Shown: positions 11,283-23,372 of the stretch, one piece after another
Numbering within the stretch: position 1 is the stretch's first letter
Layout of the letters: each line of letters begins with the position of its first letter
Assembly (NCBI GenBank): GCA_051942205.1
Contig: JAVECO010000009.1
Coordinates: forward strand, 1 to 64,000
Length of the DNA stretch: 64,000 nt
Source: Coniocarpon cinnabarinum
Taxonomy: Eukaryota
Reading direction: 5' to 3'
Notes under the pieces: model-generated
Told to the model about the DNA's origin: nothing
Database searches by the model: none
The model's input: only the letters and a program-made list of their open reading frames with translations
Made by a program: the position numbers and the translations under genes

Positions 11283-11977
11283 TCTCGATGATATTGAGCT
11301 TGTATGCGATTGGATAGATGTCTTTGCGATGATTTAGTATTAGTGGTTTTGAAAAGGCAGTCCAAATTCGCAGCTGCGATAGTTTGTAATGGAGCACCTG
11401 GTCCAGCAAGAAGACACAGCGACATCCATTCTTTTGTACCCTCGCAGGCAGACACCGAGCAAACGTACATGGCTCGCATTTGCAAACCACGAAACCCCAA
11501 CAGGATTTTGTTGGCGGTCACACATGCGAAAACTGGGTATCTCCGCATGCCTCGTGCCACAGCACAGCCGCCATGCTATCGCCATTCCGAAACAAACTGG
11601 ATCACCGGCAAATGGCAGTTTGCCAATCTTAAGGACCGAATAATGGAAGCGTTATCTGCTGTCGACGGCTGTAGCAATTTTCGTTTTCAGATGAAGCGAC
11701 ATGTCGGCGGACCTGCTCTTGCTGTATTTTGCGTAGTAATCTAAACTCGAGTTGCGCTGTCTTAGAAGGATAGCACATATAGCACAAAATAATCGCTCTC
11801 AAGTATATCAATGTAGCGGGGAAACGTTGTTAGCTTTTATGAAACGTGTAATTAGATATACAAGAAGTGCTCTGACAAGCAACAGTAGATTGGCCATGGC
11901 TGATTTCAAGCTCAAACTCTACAGTACATTCGCGGAACGGGCCTGCGGCATCTTTTTCGTCATATTAGATGCTGAAG

Positions 11978-13144
11978 TTACGCTGTTGCTTTGTTCACTA
12001 CATCAGCCATGTCAAATATGTCTGAGCTCTGGCTCTTCGTAATGACACCTTTTTCGGTGACGATAGCATCGATCAAGCTAGCAGGAGTCACGTCGAAGGC
12101 CGGGTTCCACACATTGATCCCTGATGCTGCAGTACTGACCCTCTGAGCGGGCTTGTCCAAGTCGAGCTTATTGTTTTGAATAACCGGACCGGCAATGGAA
12201 GTCATCTCTGATGCGGCACGTTGCTCAATGTTAATGTGTTGGCCGGAAGCTGTCTTTAGGTCGACTGTACTACATGGCGCAGCAACAAGAAATCTGACTC
12301 CATGTTGCTTGGCTGCAATAGCGAGAGCATACGTGCCGATTTTGTTGGCTGTGTCGCCGTTGGCTACAATACGGTCTGCCCCCACGACGACGGCAGCGAT
12401 GGGATTGCCTTCCTGACTTCGTATGTGCATTAGTGCGGCAGCCATTGAGTCTGTGACCAGCGTCGCTGGAATCTGATCATGCACAAGCTCGAAGGCTGTG
12501 AGTCGCGATCCCTGGTTGTATGGGCGCGTCTCTGTGCAATACGCTTGCTGCAGCTTGTCCATGGCGTGAACAGATCGAATGACGCCCAAAGCCGTGCCAT
12601 ATCCAGCAGTCGCCAGTGAACCAGTGTTGCAATGTGTCAGGATGTTGAGACCAGCTGAATCATTAGTGCGGGCATTGTCAATAATCCAGCGCGCTCCATG
12701 ATCCCCAAGGAGGCGATTGTCACGCAGGTCTACTTCGAGAGTTTTAGTCGCGCTCATCACATATGCGTTGAAAACAGTGTCTGAGTCTGGTTGCACGATA
12801 CCCTTCGGAGCTTCTCTTATGATCTTCTTGAAGTCATCGGCCATGTTCTTCAAGTTAACAGCCGTGGGTCTGCTCGTAACGATGTAGTCAAGCCTTTCGT
12901 CGATGGTCTGGATTGCAACTTCTACATCACCTTGCAACGGCTGCAATCGATTCTGGATCTCAACAGCGAGGCTCAGTATTCCTACCATGGCAATTGCTGG
13001 AGCGCCTCGGACGCGCATATCTTTAATGGCTTGCCATCCATCTTTTGATGTCTGAACCTCATCGTAGTGGACTTTGTGTGGCAGCTGAAGCTGGTCCAAG
13101 ACCTGTAGAGAGCCGTTGTGATACTTGATCGCTTCCAGCACCAT
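11978..13144 (-). CDS. MRI1: Methylthioribose-1-phosphate isomerase
   Basis: MVLEAIKY...LDQLQLP...MRVRGAPAIA...SRPTAVNL...LTHCNTGSLATAGYGTALG...ETRPYNQGSRLT...NGDTANKIGTY...NPAFDVTP. Confidence 0.96.
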   Translation of the reverse strand: MVLEAIKYHNGSLQVLDQLQLPHKVHYDEVQTSKDGWQAIKDMRVRGAPAIAMVGILSLAVEIQNRLQPLQGDVEVAIQTIDERLDYIVTSRPTAVNLKNMADDFKKIIREAPKGIVQPDSDTVFNAYVMSATKTLEVDLRDNRLLGDHGARWIIDNARTNDSAGLNILTHCNTGSLATAGYGTALGVIRSVHAMDKLQQAYCTETRPYNQGSRLTAFELVHDQIPATLVTDSMAAALMHIRSQEGNPIAAVVVGADRIVANGDTANKIGTYALAIAAKQHGVRFLVAAPCSTVDLKTASGQHINIEQRAASEMTSIAGPVIQNNKLDLDKPAQRVSTAASGINVWNPAFDVTPASLIDAIVTEKGVITKSQSSDIFDMADVVNKATA

Positions 13145-13415
13145 CTTCCACTGTAACACGACTATACGCCTTTTCATACAAAGATGGGATGAAGTGGACG
13201 CCTGACAGTATGCAGCCCTAAATTCTGGGCAACACAGGGGTAACCGACCCACTAAAGCAGGGGTTACCGTACCGTACGGCGCGGTGGGTCTCGGGCACCA
13301 TTCCTCTATCCGCTAGCGCTATCCGATTCTATTCCACTGGTTCAAAGCTCCCACGAAAAACTTGCAATAAAAGACCTGTCAACTTGTGTTGTGCAACTTT
13401 TAACACACGGCAGAC

Positions 13416-15253
13416 ATGTCACAAGTCGGCTCAAGCCATCCATCGGATGAATCATTTGAGTTCATCGAGACACCACCTGCCGCTTCTGCACAACCACCTG
13501 CGAACCAGTGCGGTGTTCGCACCACCAACGTGAGTTTGATGTTTGCATGTTGAGCCTCAGGCCGATGGAGCTTCGTGTGCTGCCATATGTCTGTTGGCAT
13601 AGCTGGCTGACATCAACCACTAGTATCCTGCCATTAAGAATGCACCTCTTCCAGCCGACGCCGCCGGTTCCGACACCTTCTCAAACCCCCTCCTCATTAC
13701 CCTCCTCTCCGCAATCCCACTCTACCTGTCATGGCAAGTCGGCGGTGGCCTCTTGACCGGCCTATTCATTGCCATCTTCACTTCTATTCCAATCCTCATG
13801 GCCTTCTGGACATTCGCATCCAGCATGTCATCAAGAAAAAATGAGAAGGCCAAATATCCTGGTCGGCCGGTGGAATCCTATCTTAGGTTTCGAAAGGAGG
13901 ACGACAAGTTGAGATATCGTGGGAAGAGGAGGATCCCGATGGAGACTTTCCATGAGATGTATTTCGATGGCGACGTTGACTTCAAGGGTGACGCGCTGGA
14001 AATGATGGAGTATCGACATGACTGGGCCAGCTTCAAATTCACACTCAGCTTGTATTGGTACTTCCTGACAGGCATGGTACCTGAGGTGCTGATGCACACG
14101 CGTTCGCAAGGTATGTCCATGCATCTTTTTCATTGACGCCAGTCCCTTTGTGCGTATATCCGTCATTTGAATCATTCGTCGCGGCTTTGAGTCCTATCTA
14201 ATGGCCCTCAACCTAACAATCGAACCTCACCCAGATGAAGAGCAAGTCCGTGATCACTACGACCGCGGCGACGACTTCTACTCCTGGTTCCTCGGCCCCC
14301 GTATGATCTACACCTCTGGCATCATCTCGGACCCTCTCCGCGAAGAATCGCTCGAACAACTGCAAGACAACAAAATGGCGATCGTCTGCGAAAAGATCTC
14401 TCTCGAACACGGCCACACCCTCCTGGACATCGGCTGCGGCTGGGGCACCCTCGCCCGCTACGCCTCAACGCATTACGGCGCCTCCGTCACAGGCGCCACG
14501 CTCGGCCGCAACCAAACCGCCTGGGGCAATAACGGTCTCCGCAGGGACGGCGTCTCTGAATCACAAAGCCGCATCCTCTGCATGGACTACCGCGACATTC
14601 CGCGTCCGACATCAGGCCACTACGACCGCATCACCTGCCTCGAAATGGCCGAACACGTCGGCGTGCGCCATTTCTCCAGCTTTCTCAATCAGGTAAGCGA
14701 CATGCTCTCCGACGACGGCGTCTTCTTCCTGCAAATAGCAGGCATCCGCAAACCTTGGCAATACGAAGACCTAATCTGGGGACTCTTCATGAATAAATAC
14801 ATCTTCCCCGGTGCAGATGCCAGCACGCCTCTTTTCTGGTTCGTGGATTCACTCGAATCCGCGGGCTTCGAAGTCAAAGGTCTGGACACGATCGGGGTGC
14901 ACTATTCAGCCACGTTATGGCGCTGGTATCGCAACTGGATTGCGAATCGCGAGAAAGTGATTGCCAAGTACGGGACGCGCTGGTTCCGGATTTGGGAGTT
15001 TTTCTTGGCGTACTCCACGATTGTTAGTCGGCAGGGGAGCGCGACGTGTTACCAGATTGTGTGTGTTAAGAATATCAATAGTACGCATCGGATTGAGGGT
15101 GTGCCGAGTCAGTTTGGATTATTGGGTGCTTTGGCGGCGGCGAAGGTGCGCAGAGCGACGGACAAAGTTGGGGAGAAAGTAGCGCAGGTGGGACACATTG
15201 CGGAGAAGCTGGGGGGTGTGATGGGGAGGCATGGACATCAGGAGAGGATGTGA
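13416..15253 (+). CDS. Sphingolipid C9-methyltransferase (cyclopropane-fatty-acyl synthase family), 3 exons
   Basis: FEFIETP...CGVRTTN|YPAIKNAPLPAD...HTRSQ|DEEQVRDHYDRGDDFYSWFLGPRMIYTSG...LDIGCGWG...CLEMAEHVG...YIFPGAD. Confidence 0.92.
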
Positions 15254-15362
15254 GAGAATCAAGGTTTGTACGGAGAGGGCCTAGTCCCTTTGACGAAGCG
15301 ACTGGTCGTGTAGGTCAAGTGGCTTTGAGAAACTATAGGTACACAGGAATTCAGTCCGCTGC

Positions 15363-17804
15363 TCAAGCAAGCGTGACACTACCGTCAACTTCGACCTTGA
15401 TGTCAGTCACTCCTCGATGCTGTCCCCTGGGTTTCGCACGGTCTCTAACTGCCCACACATATCCTTGCAGCCCTTCCTCTCTCTTTGCCACAGCTGCAAC
15501 AACCACGTCTGGTATCTCGCGATGTCCCTCTGCGCCTCTGCCATGGTCCATTAGAGCCTCAAGCGTTTGTGGTGAAGTTTGAGAACTTGCTGAGGATGTT
15601 GTCGACGCTGTCTTTGCATTCTATGCGCCAATCGTGACAGCTTTTCCGGGCACATATCCAACATGTGCACCGCTAAGATGCAGGACATAATCATCCACAC
15701 GTTGCTCTTGCGCATCACTAGCGGGCGTCAGCGGCCCATGTGGCGTCCAGACAGATTCTTCAACAGCAGCCCATCTCGCCGAAGCAGCCGATGTAATTGT
15801 TTCATCCCAGGCACTCGACTCTCCATCGTCTACACTCGAGCCATAGCAATGACTCTGCCGGCATTCGTCAAGCTCCTTGGCAGCACTCTCATCAGGCCAG
15901 TATCCCCACCACGCACATTCTTTGGCTTTCGTTTTGCTGAGGCCCTTTGCGCCGAACGCAGCAACCACATCTGGTGGAATGGTAAAGAGCTTGATTTCTT
16001 CGACGTGAGTCTCAGGGTCAAGAACACTGCTAGAAAAGGACGCCGCTATTCTCAAGCCGAAGCTCGTGTCCCAGGACATATTGTATTGCGTTGGACTGAC
16101 GACCTCGTCGTCGCTAGCGAGGGGACCGTTGAGTTTGATGAGTCTCTCCAGTCTGCTTGGAGGTCCCTAACCCATACCGTCTCGTCCAACAGTAAGAACG
16201 CCATCTCTTGGATCGACAAAAACCATGAGATAGCCATCGCTCACAGGTAATGCACGGTAGTGATCGTACATGTCAGCTGGCTCGGAACCCATCAGACCCT
16301 CATCAACGCTCGTCGTGGTTTGGATGGAAAAGCTGCTCATAGCCCAGCGTGTAAAGCGTGTCCAAATGCCGGAGCGGTTGCCTGAAGCTGTGTATGACGA
16401 ACCGCCAATGGGCGGTACTGGATGAGACGGAACGTCAACACTGCTGACCAGGCGTAGACGCTGATTCTGGCCTGTAGTAGATGGCAAATGTGGAAAATGG
16501 TTGAGGTGCCTAACCGTGGGTGTAGGAACGAAACGAAGGACGTCTGATGGTGCGGACAGGGGAAACCATTTCATTAGGTGACGACGTCGGGCGGTAGGTG
16601 TTTGTGTGGTGTTGATTGCGGGCGTTGGCGCCTCGTAACCTGAGAGCGACTCTCTCCATCGTGCTCTTGCTGGTGATGATTCAAGCGATGAGGGTGAGCG
16701 GGATCGTTCTCGTCCATGGGCTCGAGGCGCAAGCCAATGTAGCTGCACGCCTTCCGTGCAGCCAAAAGCAATGCATGACTTGCGAGTCGGGCAAAGAGCT
16801 AGGCTGCGTGGCGGGTCTGCCACACTGCCTAGAGCTGTGTATAACGTGAGAGGCGAATGTGACCTTGACATTTGAAGATGCCTGACGTTCTTCACTATAG
16901 CATTGAATACGTGTGGACGGATAGAGTTACTTCCGAGGTTGTGGTTATGACACTCGATTTCATCACGCGGTTCCGTGTCCGGGTGCGTTGAAGTCTCCGA
17001 CCGATCATTCTACGAAGTCTCAGTTGTATCCACCTCAGCGGCGCGATGGCTTTGTGACTCGTGTCTTTCAGCTGCCTGCGTCATGTCGCGCTCGAAGCCA
17101 GCATTGTAAAGCACAACGCTCTGATGCGTAGAGTCCACTTGCACAACGTTGACATTATCACTGCTCAAACGGCCTCTCACAGCAGTGTCTTCAGTCCTGA
17201 CAGGTTGTGGCATGCTTGCAGATCCATCATCAAGATGGCAGATGCACGCAGAGCGACCGTCTAGAAGAGCTGCAACGCTATGCCTACTACCTGAGCTGTC
17301 CATTGTCGCTTGTAAAACTCGTCGCGGACATTTGATCGCGGCCACTGGGTTGAGAAAGGAGCTCGGAGACGAAGCATCCAGACGGTAGACAAAGATAGTA
17401 GCGCCGTGCGTAACTAGCAAATATCCGGTATCGATGCTAAAGGCAGCAGTGGCACCATACTTATCTTTCGCTGCCTGATCCAGGGATACAAAGTCCATTG
17501 TCGCTGCGAGCTCGAACAACCCATCCTCATATTTCGAAATAGCCTCTGTTGACTCAAAAGAATCAGCGAGTCGAGACTCGCGGGCTAGCAGCTGCTGAGC
17601 GTGGTGAAGCCGCTCGGGGACCAAGCCGTCAGACTGATCAAGACATGCTGACCAACTAGATCGCTCTGCCATGAGGTTCAAAGTCTGGCTGCATATCGCT
17701 GCGCGCTGCCAGTCGATACAGCTTCGTCGAGCTCGTGAAAAGTCTTGCGGGCCAAGGTAGGTGTACACCTGCTGCAAAAGCTCAGCTGGCAAGTGCGTTG
17801 CCAT
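15363..17804 (-). CDS. F-box protein; single 814-codon frame with three in-frame TAG codons (17012-17010, 16169-16167, 15623-15621); recoded gene or pseudogene
   Basis: F-box LPAELLQQVYTYL...RARRSCIDW; ORF-track pieces 17010-17807, 16167-16895, 15621-16079 and 15363-15551 are all in one frame with stop-free linkers; protein-like motifs (RSLALCP...IAFGC, WFPLSAPSD, DHYRALPVSDG, LFTIPPD, VWAV) lie downstream of the stops. Confidence 0.85.
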
Positions 17805-18210
17805 CACGGCAAGTGTCGAATGATTGACAAAAAGGACGATACGTGTTTGAAAAGAATGACAGTGAATCTTTGAAGAGATAATTTGAGGGTCGTAGGAATA
17901 GTGTCATTAACAAAGTCATACGGACCAGCTCTCACAGGCTGGAGAAATCGTGTATGCTCACCAAGCAATCGTGTTGAAAGCGCCTGCCATTTAAGTAGAT
18001 ATCATCGAGAGCGATTACAAATCCCTGAGTCAGTACCAAAACCTTGAACAATAAGGCGCACGTCGGGTCACGGAGAATAAATGCATTTTTGATTCGCAAA
18101 GATGACGGGGTATCTCAAATGACAAAACCGCTGCTCGAGGATTAAGTCACCACTTTCAAAGCAATAAACGCCACCGATGCTTTCATAACACAACCCACAG
18201 GTTTCCGCGC

Positions 18211-20853
18211 TCATGCCAGCGCGTTGAGCACACCTTCAGCTCTTGTGCGATGACTGCTAGCACAAACCTCATCTCTTTCAGTTGAGTCGCTAACCCACAC
18301 GTCTTCGAGCGGCTTGACAAGACTTGGATTGACGAATCTTGTGCCAGTCTCGCGACTATCATCAACAGTGTGGCCGCTCTGTTCCTCTTCATACCTCAGC
18401 CGGGCGGCACTGCCCCATCCGTCTGGATCTCTTTCGACGTCATCTGTGTAAGGATCTTGAACTTTCCTTTCAATGCTACGGAGTGCAATGAACTCCATAA
18501 GAGAGTCGTAAGTGCCGCTGTAAGAATAGCTGAACCATATGGTGCCAATGACGAGTGGAGCCATGGCAGCTGAGAGGAACTCCGCATGCTTGAGCAATAG
18601 TTGACCGGCGGTGGTGAGCTGGAACAGAATCAATCCAAAAATCATGCGCTTGCAAATGATAGTCCAGGCCCGGCCTCCGGAGTGCTGTCGGTGATCCATT
18701 GCATACAAGAGCTGATATTTGTAAACAAAGTTGCCAATTCCAAAGTAGAAGATGCCGGCAAGCAAGACTTGCCAGGAATCCCGCAGGATGCTGTAAACAA
18801 TGCAAATGATAAGAATGAGCATCACTTGCGGAAGATAGAAACCGTAATTGAACACAGGAGGTTGATTAAGCTCAGCATAGTCCCGAGGCGTCTTCGCTGC
18901 CATGCGGTAGAGCGGGTAGAGAGCAACGCTGCCAATTTCTAAGAGTCGCAGTGGGAAAAGCCCGAGTCCTTGAAGGATGATCAAATTGGTGTAGAAGGAC
19001 GTTAGCCCTGAGAGTGACCTCGCCAGTTGGGAGGCAACCCAAGTAGTGTCGCGTAAAGAGTCGCGGAACCGATCGAGGATCTCGTAGAAATAGGCCGCGG
19101 TGCCAAGTACCGTGAATACAATAAAATAGTTGAAAAAGCTGAAGAAGAAGTTCTTGGAAATGACTGAGAGCTCAACATCGCTGCGAGACATCATACCTTG
19201 ACAGTTAGCCAGCCAGTCATACAGGTAGGGGACTGCAACGAATAGCAGTGTCGAGACCAGTGTTGGCAGCTGAGTGGTGATAAGAGACTCTACGAGCTTG
19301 TTAGATTCTATCCCATGTGCAAGCTGAGGCCACACTTTTTCGATCGACCTAGGTTGCAAGACTCCCGCGACGGGAATGAGCACTGCGGACCAAAATACGG
19401 TTAGTAGAGCAATGGCAATCGTGATGAGCCATGCACGTATCATCCTTTGCGAGCGCGGAAGGTAGGTATTTTCCCAAACGACATCACTGGGCGAAGGAGC
19501 TGGCTTTGCAATGAGGTGCATTGGCGATGGATCAAGTACAGCTTGAACGGCCATTTGCTAGAAGCCTGTTAGCGTGTCGAGCACATGCAATGAGAAGTGG
19601 GAGGGTGGCTTACGCATGCGGGGACTGAATCCAGAGTAACGAACGCCAGTGGGGACGGCTTGAAAGTCTTGTTTCGGAGCTCCATTATTCGCTCGTCAAC
19701 ACGTCCTAACTTCTCCTCGTAATAGTCAATCGCATCGACGTAGCGGCTTTGTAGCTTGAGGAATCCGAATCGGACTGTAGCGGTCGGTCTCGTGCCATCG
19801 TACAGGAGATCGCCTCGTTGGCTGTTTGCTCCGAGAAGAGGTCCGTTCTCTTCGTCGCCACTTTGAGTGGGGACATGACCGCCTCCATTCACATCTTGTG
19901 CTTTTGTGCGTCGCTTGCCAAGATATAATGTCCAAGACTCCTCTAATTTGCGCAAATACCCCATGCGCTCCTCCATCAGTTCGTCGAGCTCTGACCAATC
20001 CCTGCAAAGCATGATGCTATCAACCTTGCCAATCTCCAATGTCTCAATAAACTCTTTGATCTTCTCCTCAGTTCTCAAGTCGGAAGGAATGCCAGATAGT
20101 CTTATTGTCCGATCTGTGATAGTAGCTTGGTTCCCGAGGTATTCTTGTCGCACACTGATGATGCGCTTGGTCTCCGTGATAAGTAAATAGACTGCCAGCC
20201 CCGTGAACAGGTACGCAAAGATGAGATACATCCACAAGTAGTCGGTCGGACCGGTCACCAAGCGATTCTGCTCCGTTGCCTGATATTCATCATCAAAGCT
20301 CAATCGAGCATAACCTCGAGAGCCAACAGTTGGCACATAAGAATCTGTGGCATTCCGAGTAGTGTCAGGGAAGGCGTCGTGAACCGGCTTGAAGACGACC
20401 AGAGCAAAAAACAGAGTGACTGTGAGGAACTTTAAAGCCATCTTAAAGAAGCGAAGAAACTATGCATGGCGTTAGCAGATGGGCAAAAGAAGCATCGAAA
20501 TCTACTGACCACATAAGCATCTAGACCAGCAGAGGCTAAGATTTGCTGCTCGCTGATCCTCCATAGCGCTGGAATCCACCCAAACAAAGACTGAGGCAGC
20601 TCGGGCAATGGGGAGGCTTGATTGCGCTGGTGCTTTCGTGCGGCGTAAAGGCTGGCCCATCTTGGTCGGAGCACCTATATCGAGCCTGTCAGACCTGATG
20701 CCGCTTCTTCTTTGAAATGATCAGACTCACACAGAAGGCTAGGAAGGCTCCAGTGCCGAGGAGGATACTGAAAGCGATCTGGATGACCGTGTCTCGAGGA
20801 TTCTTGACTCCAACAAGGTCTCGAAAGTCACTGTCTGTCTTCTCGCCAGACAT
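18211..20853 (-). CDS. OSCA/TMEM63 (Csc1/Rsn1/Phm7, DUF221) calcium-permeable channel, 4 exons
   Basis: LRPRWASLYAAR...FGWIPALW...AGLDAYV|F.RFFKMA...TIRLSGIP...VDAIDYY...APSPSDVVWEN...FNYGFYLPQ...YKYQLLYAMD. Confidence 0.92.
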
Positions 20854-22016
20854 GGCGCCGCCTCTGCGCCTAGATATCAACGTTTGTCAAAGGGCTCATG
20901 TGAATGCGTGTTGGAAGTACATCCCAGTGCTAGCTTGACCAAGTCACACGTAATGACTTGGACTTTAGGAAGCATATAAATCGTAGATGATGATTATAGC
21001 GCGACTTTCGAACAATATCACGTGATGTGTATCCGAGTTTTATAGCGCAATTGATAAATCATCATCAATGGCACAATTCAGGTGCAGCGTTCTATAGCAG
21101 CGGCATCCATAGGAGCATGGCGATGACTGTCGTCTTCACTTACGTACTGGTGTGATGTAGGGCGCTATGTCAGTACTCTGCCTAACCACCGACGATGACA
21201 GTATTGAAGCTCCGCTGTTGAAGGACGGCGGGAAGTCATCGCTTCTGCTGAATGAGACCGCCAGCATGTCCAGCCTTGATAAGTGTGGCCGGCGTTAACC
21301 ACTACGCGCTCCGACCTTTCACAGTGAATAGGCGGGAGACGAATACGAATGGCAATTCCAAGGTTAGCCATGGTGCATATGCGAGCGGAGTTCACGCAGG
21401 TGACGTCCGAGAAACGTTGTCAGTGAACCAGTACTGTTAATGCTCTGATCAAAACAGTGCTTCTGTTCCTGCGAAAAACAAGGCTAGCTCATCTGCGATT
21501 TTGACAAACTTGTAACGGCAGTAGTACAGGAGCACGAGGCTTGAGGGAGATCGTATCTATCACGAGAATTGCGCAATCAGCTTTCCCAGCTGCCTGGCTG
21601 ACCTAGTTGTCGTTACTCGAAGGTGCCTGTGATTGTGCAAAGTCTTAAGTAGGCACGTTCCAGAAATCTTCGGTAGTGTTCAGGAGCTCCGCCACATGCG
21701 CGACCAACTTTTCGAGTTTGAACATCGGTCAAACACGGCACGTGCCCTCCGTGCGTAAAAAAACCAGTCTTGCTCCGCGAGGCATACGTGCGGACCTGTT
21801 TGTTTCCTGCGAGGACTGTCGCGCCTGGCAAGGCTTCCAAAATGTTATTCATGTCGCCGCAGACATGAGCGATCGACCGGGTCCTGGCTTCAGGACCTGA
21901 CTGCATGTGAGGTCACAAACTTCTCAAACACTGCTAGAATACTTATTTGCACCCCAATTCAGCAATCATTCTTGAGACTAGGAAGACTTTGCCCTTATTC
22001 AGCCCCGTATTTCGTC

Positions 22017-22736
22017 ATGCCTCAGTCATCAACGGAAAAATACGAGCGTCAAAAGTACCGCTTGCAGCATGACGATAAGCTTAGGGTTTCTAAGAATGAG
22101 CAGTGGCGACATTGGTACAATGAGCAGACACCAGAGGACAAGGACCGCTACTTGAAAAGTAAGAGCGAGGAGAAACGTGAGAGAAAAAAGAAGAAGATTG
22201 CGGCGAAAAATTCTGAAGGGGTAAAGATACCAAACATTGGGACTTCCATGAGGGTATTGCTAAGCAGATTTCAGGTTCTGCAAGGAGACAACCAGACTTC
22301 CCTTGGCAACGAAACGCACGACGTAATATCGCTCTTTCCCGAAAACGAATCATCAGCGCACCAAGAGGATGCCCATGACCTTCATGCACCCGAGGTTGAG
22401 CAACACTTGCATGCGGCATCTGCAAGTGCAGCACATCCGTCCCAGAAATATCATGATCAGTCCCAGTTGCGCTACCTGAGAGCATCTCCCAGCACGCGCC
22501 ATTCAAGTTCAGCATCTCCTTTGCGAAAGACATACCAGGGAGAAAACCTGGGGCTCGACTACTACGGTTCCACACCGAAGTCATTGGAACGACGCAACCC
22601 GGCCTATGAATCCAGTCTTGAGGCTCAAGAAGATCTATCATGGCATGATGATCATCCATCTGAGAAAGGAGACGCTCACCACGAAGGGGGACGAGCAGTT
22701 CGTTCCAGGAAAGGGAACGAGAAAAAGCGCGGCTAA
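22017..22736 (+). CDS. Hypothetical orphan protein with basic N-terminus and disordered C-terminus
   Basis: 239-aa ORF from ATG 22017; KSEEKRERKKKK NLS-like stretch; no recognised domain. Confidence 0.5.
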   Translation: MPQSSTEKYERQKYRLQHDDKLRVSKNEQWRHWYNEQTPEDKDRYLKSKSEEKRERKKKKIAAKNSEGVKIPNIGTSMRVLLSRFQVLQGDNQTSLGNETHDVISLFPENESSAHQEDAHDLHAPEVEQHLHAASASAAHPSQKYHDQSQLRYLRASPSTRHSSSASPLRKTYQGENLGLDYYGSTPKSLERRNPAYESSLEAQEDLSWHDDHPSEKGDAHHEGGRAVRSRKGNEKKRG

Positions 22737-23372
22737 GGACTGTCTGAGTCCTTGCCTGGAGCTTGCTCTAAGGGTTTGCAGAACGTGGCGGCGACGACTT
22801 CCATTCACGACATCGGTGTGCTATGCATCGAAGACTGCTTTTGGTATGAGCGATGTGACCTTACGTGCGGCCGCAGCATGTCCCTTTCAGACTGACTGAT
22901 CCACTGTTACTGTGGCAAGGTCCGCATGTTTCCGTCCTGAGTCTTGCGCAGTCATTGCACGGTGGAGTCTGAGGAGAAATTGTGTTTGTAAGCCTAGCCG
23001 AGGAGCCTATGACCAAAGCGGGTCACCGATATTGAGGCCACCAATGCGTCAGCGACAAGCTCTCAAGCCCGACTGAGCATGCCGGCCGGTCTTATACTTT
23101 CATATTTATGACACCTTAATGATAACGAATTGTATCATACCTTCACAGATTATTTCTTTGCTCGGCGACATGCCAGACTTGCTGCCACGCAGCAGAACGG
23201 TGATGGCTCATTCAGAGGCTTATGCATGTCATGTGTGTGGGAAGGGTGGCTTATCATTTCCGGCTACATTGCATTTGTCACTACGTCGGAAACCCAATCA
23301 CCTCAGAAGCCGTGTCTAGCTTGACATGACCTTCATTGCCTTCCCCACGAACTCGTGATGAGCACGGTTCCC

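Noticed and set aside
15663..16250. 195-aa plus-strand ORF
   Set aside because: Antisense to the F-box frame, with no protein-like features.
15363..17804. Genome-wide UAG reassignment (alternative genetic code)
   Set aside because: RPL36, SERCA and the permease terminate at TAG at their expected C-termini, and I saw no internal TAG in the other conserved genes.
15363..17807. Four separate small genes, as listed in the ORF track
   Set aside because: All four share one frame with open linkers and read as consecutive parts of one protein.
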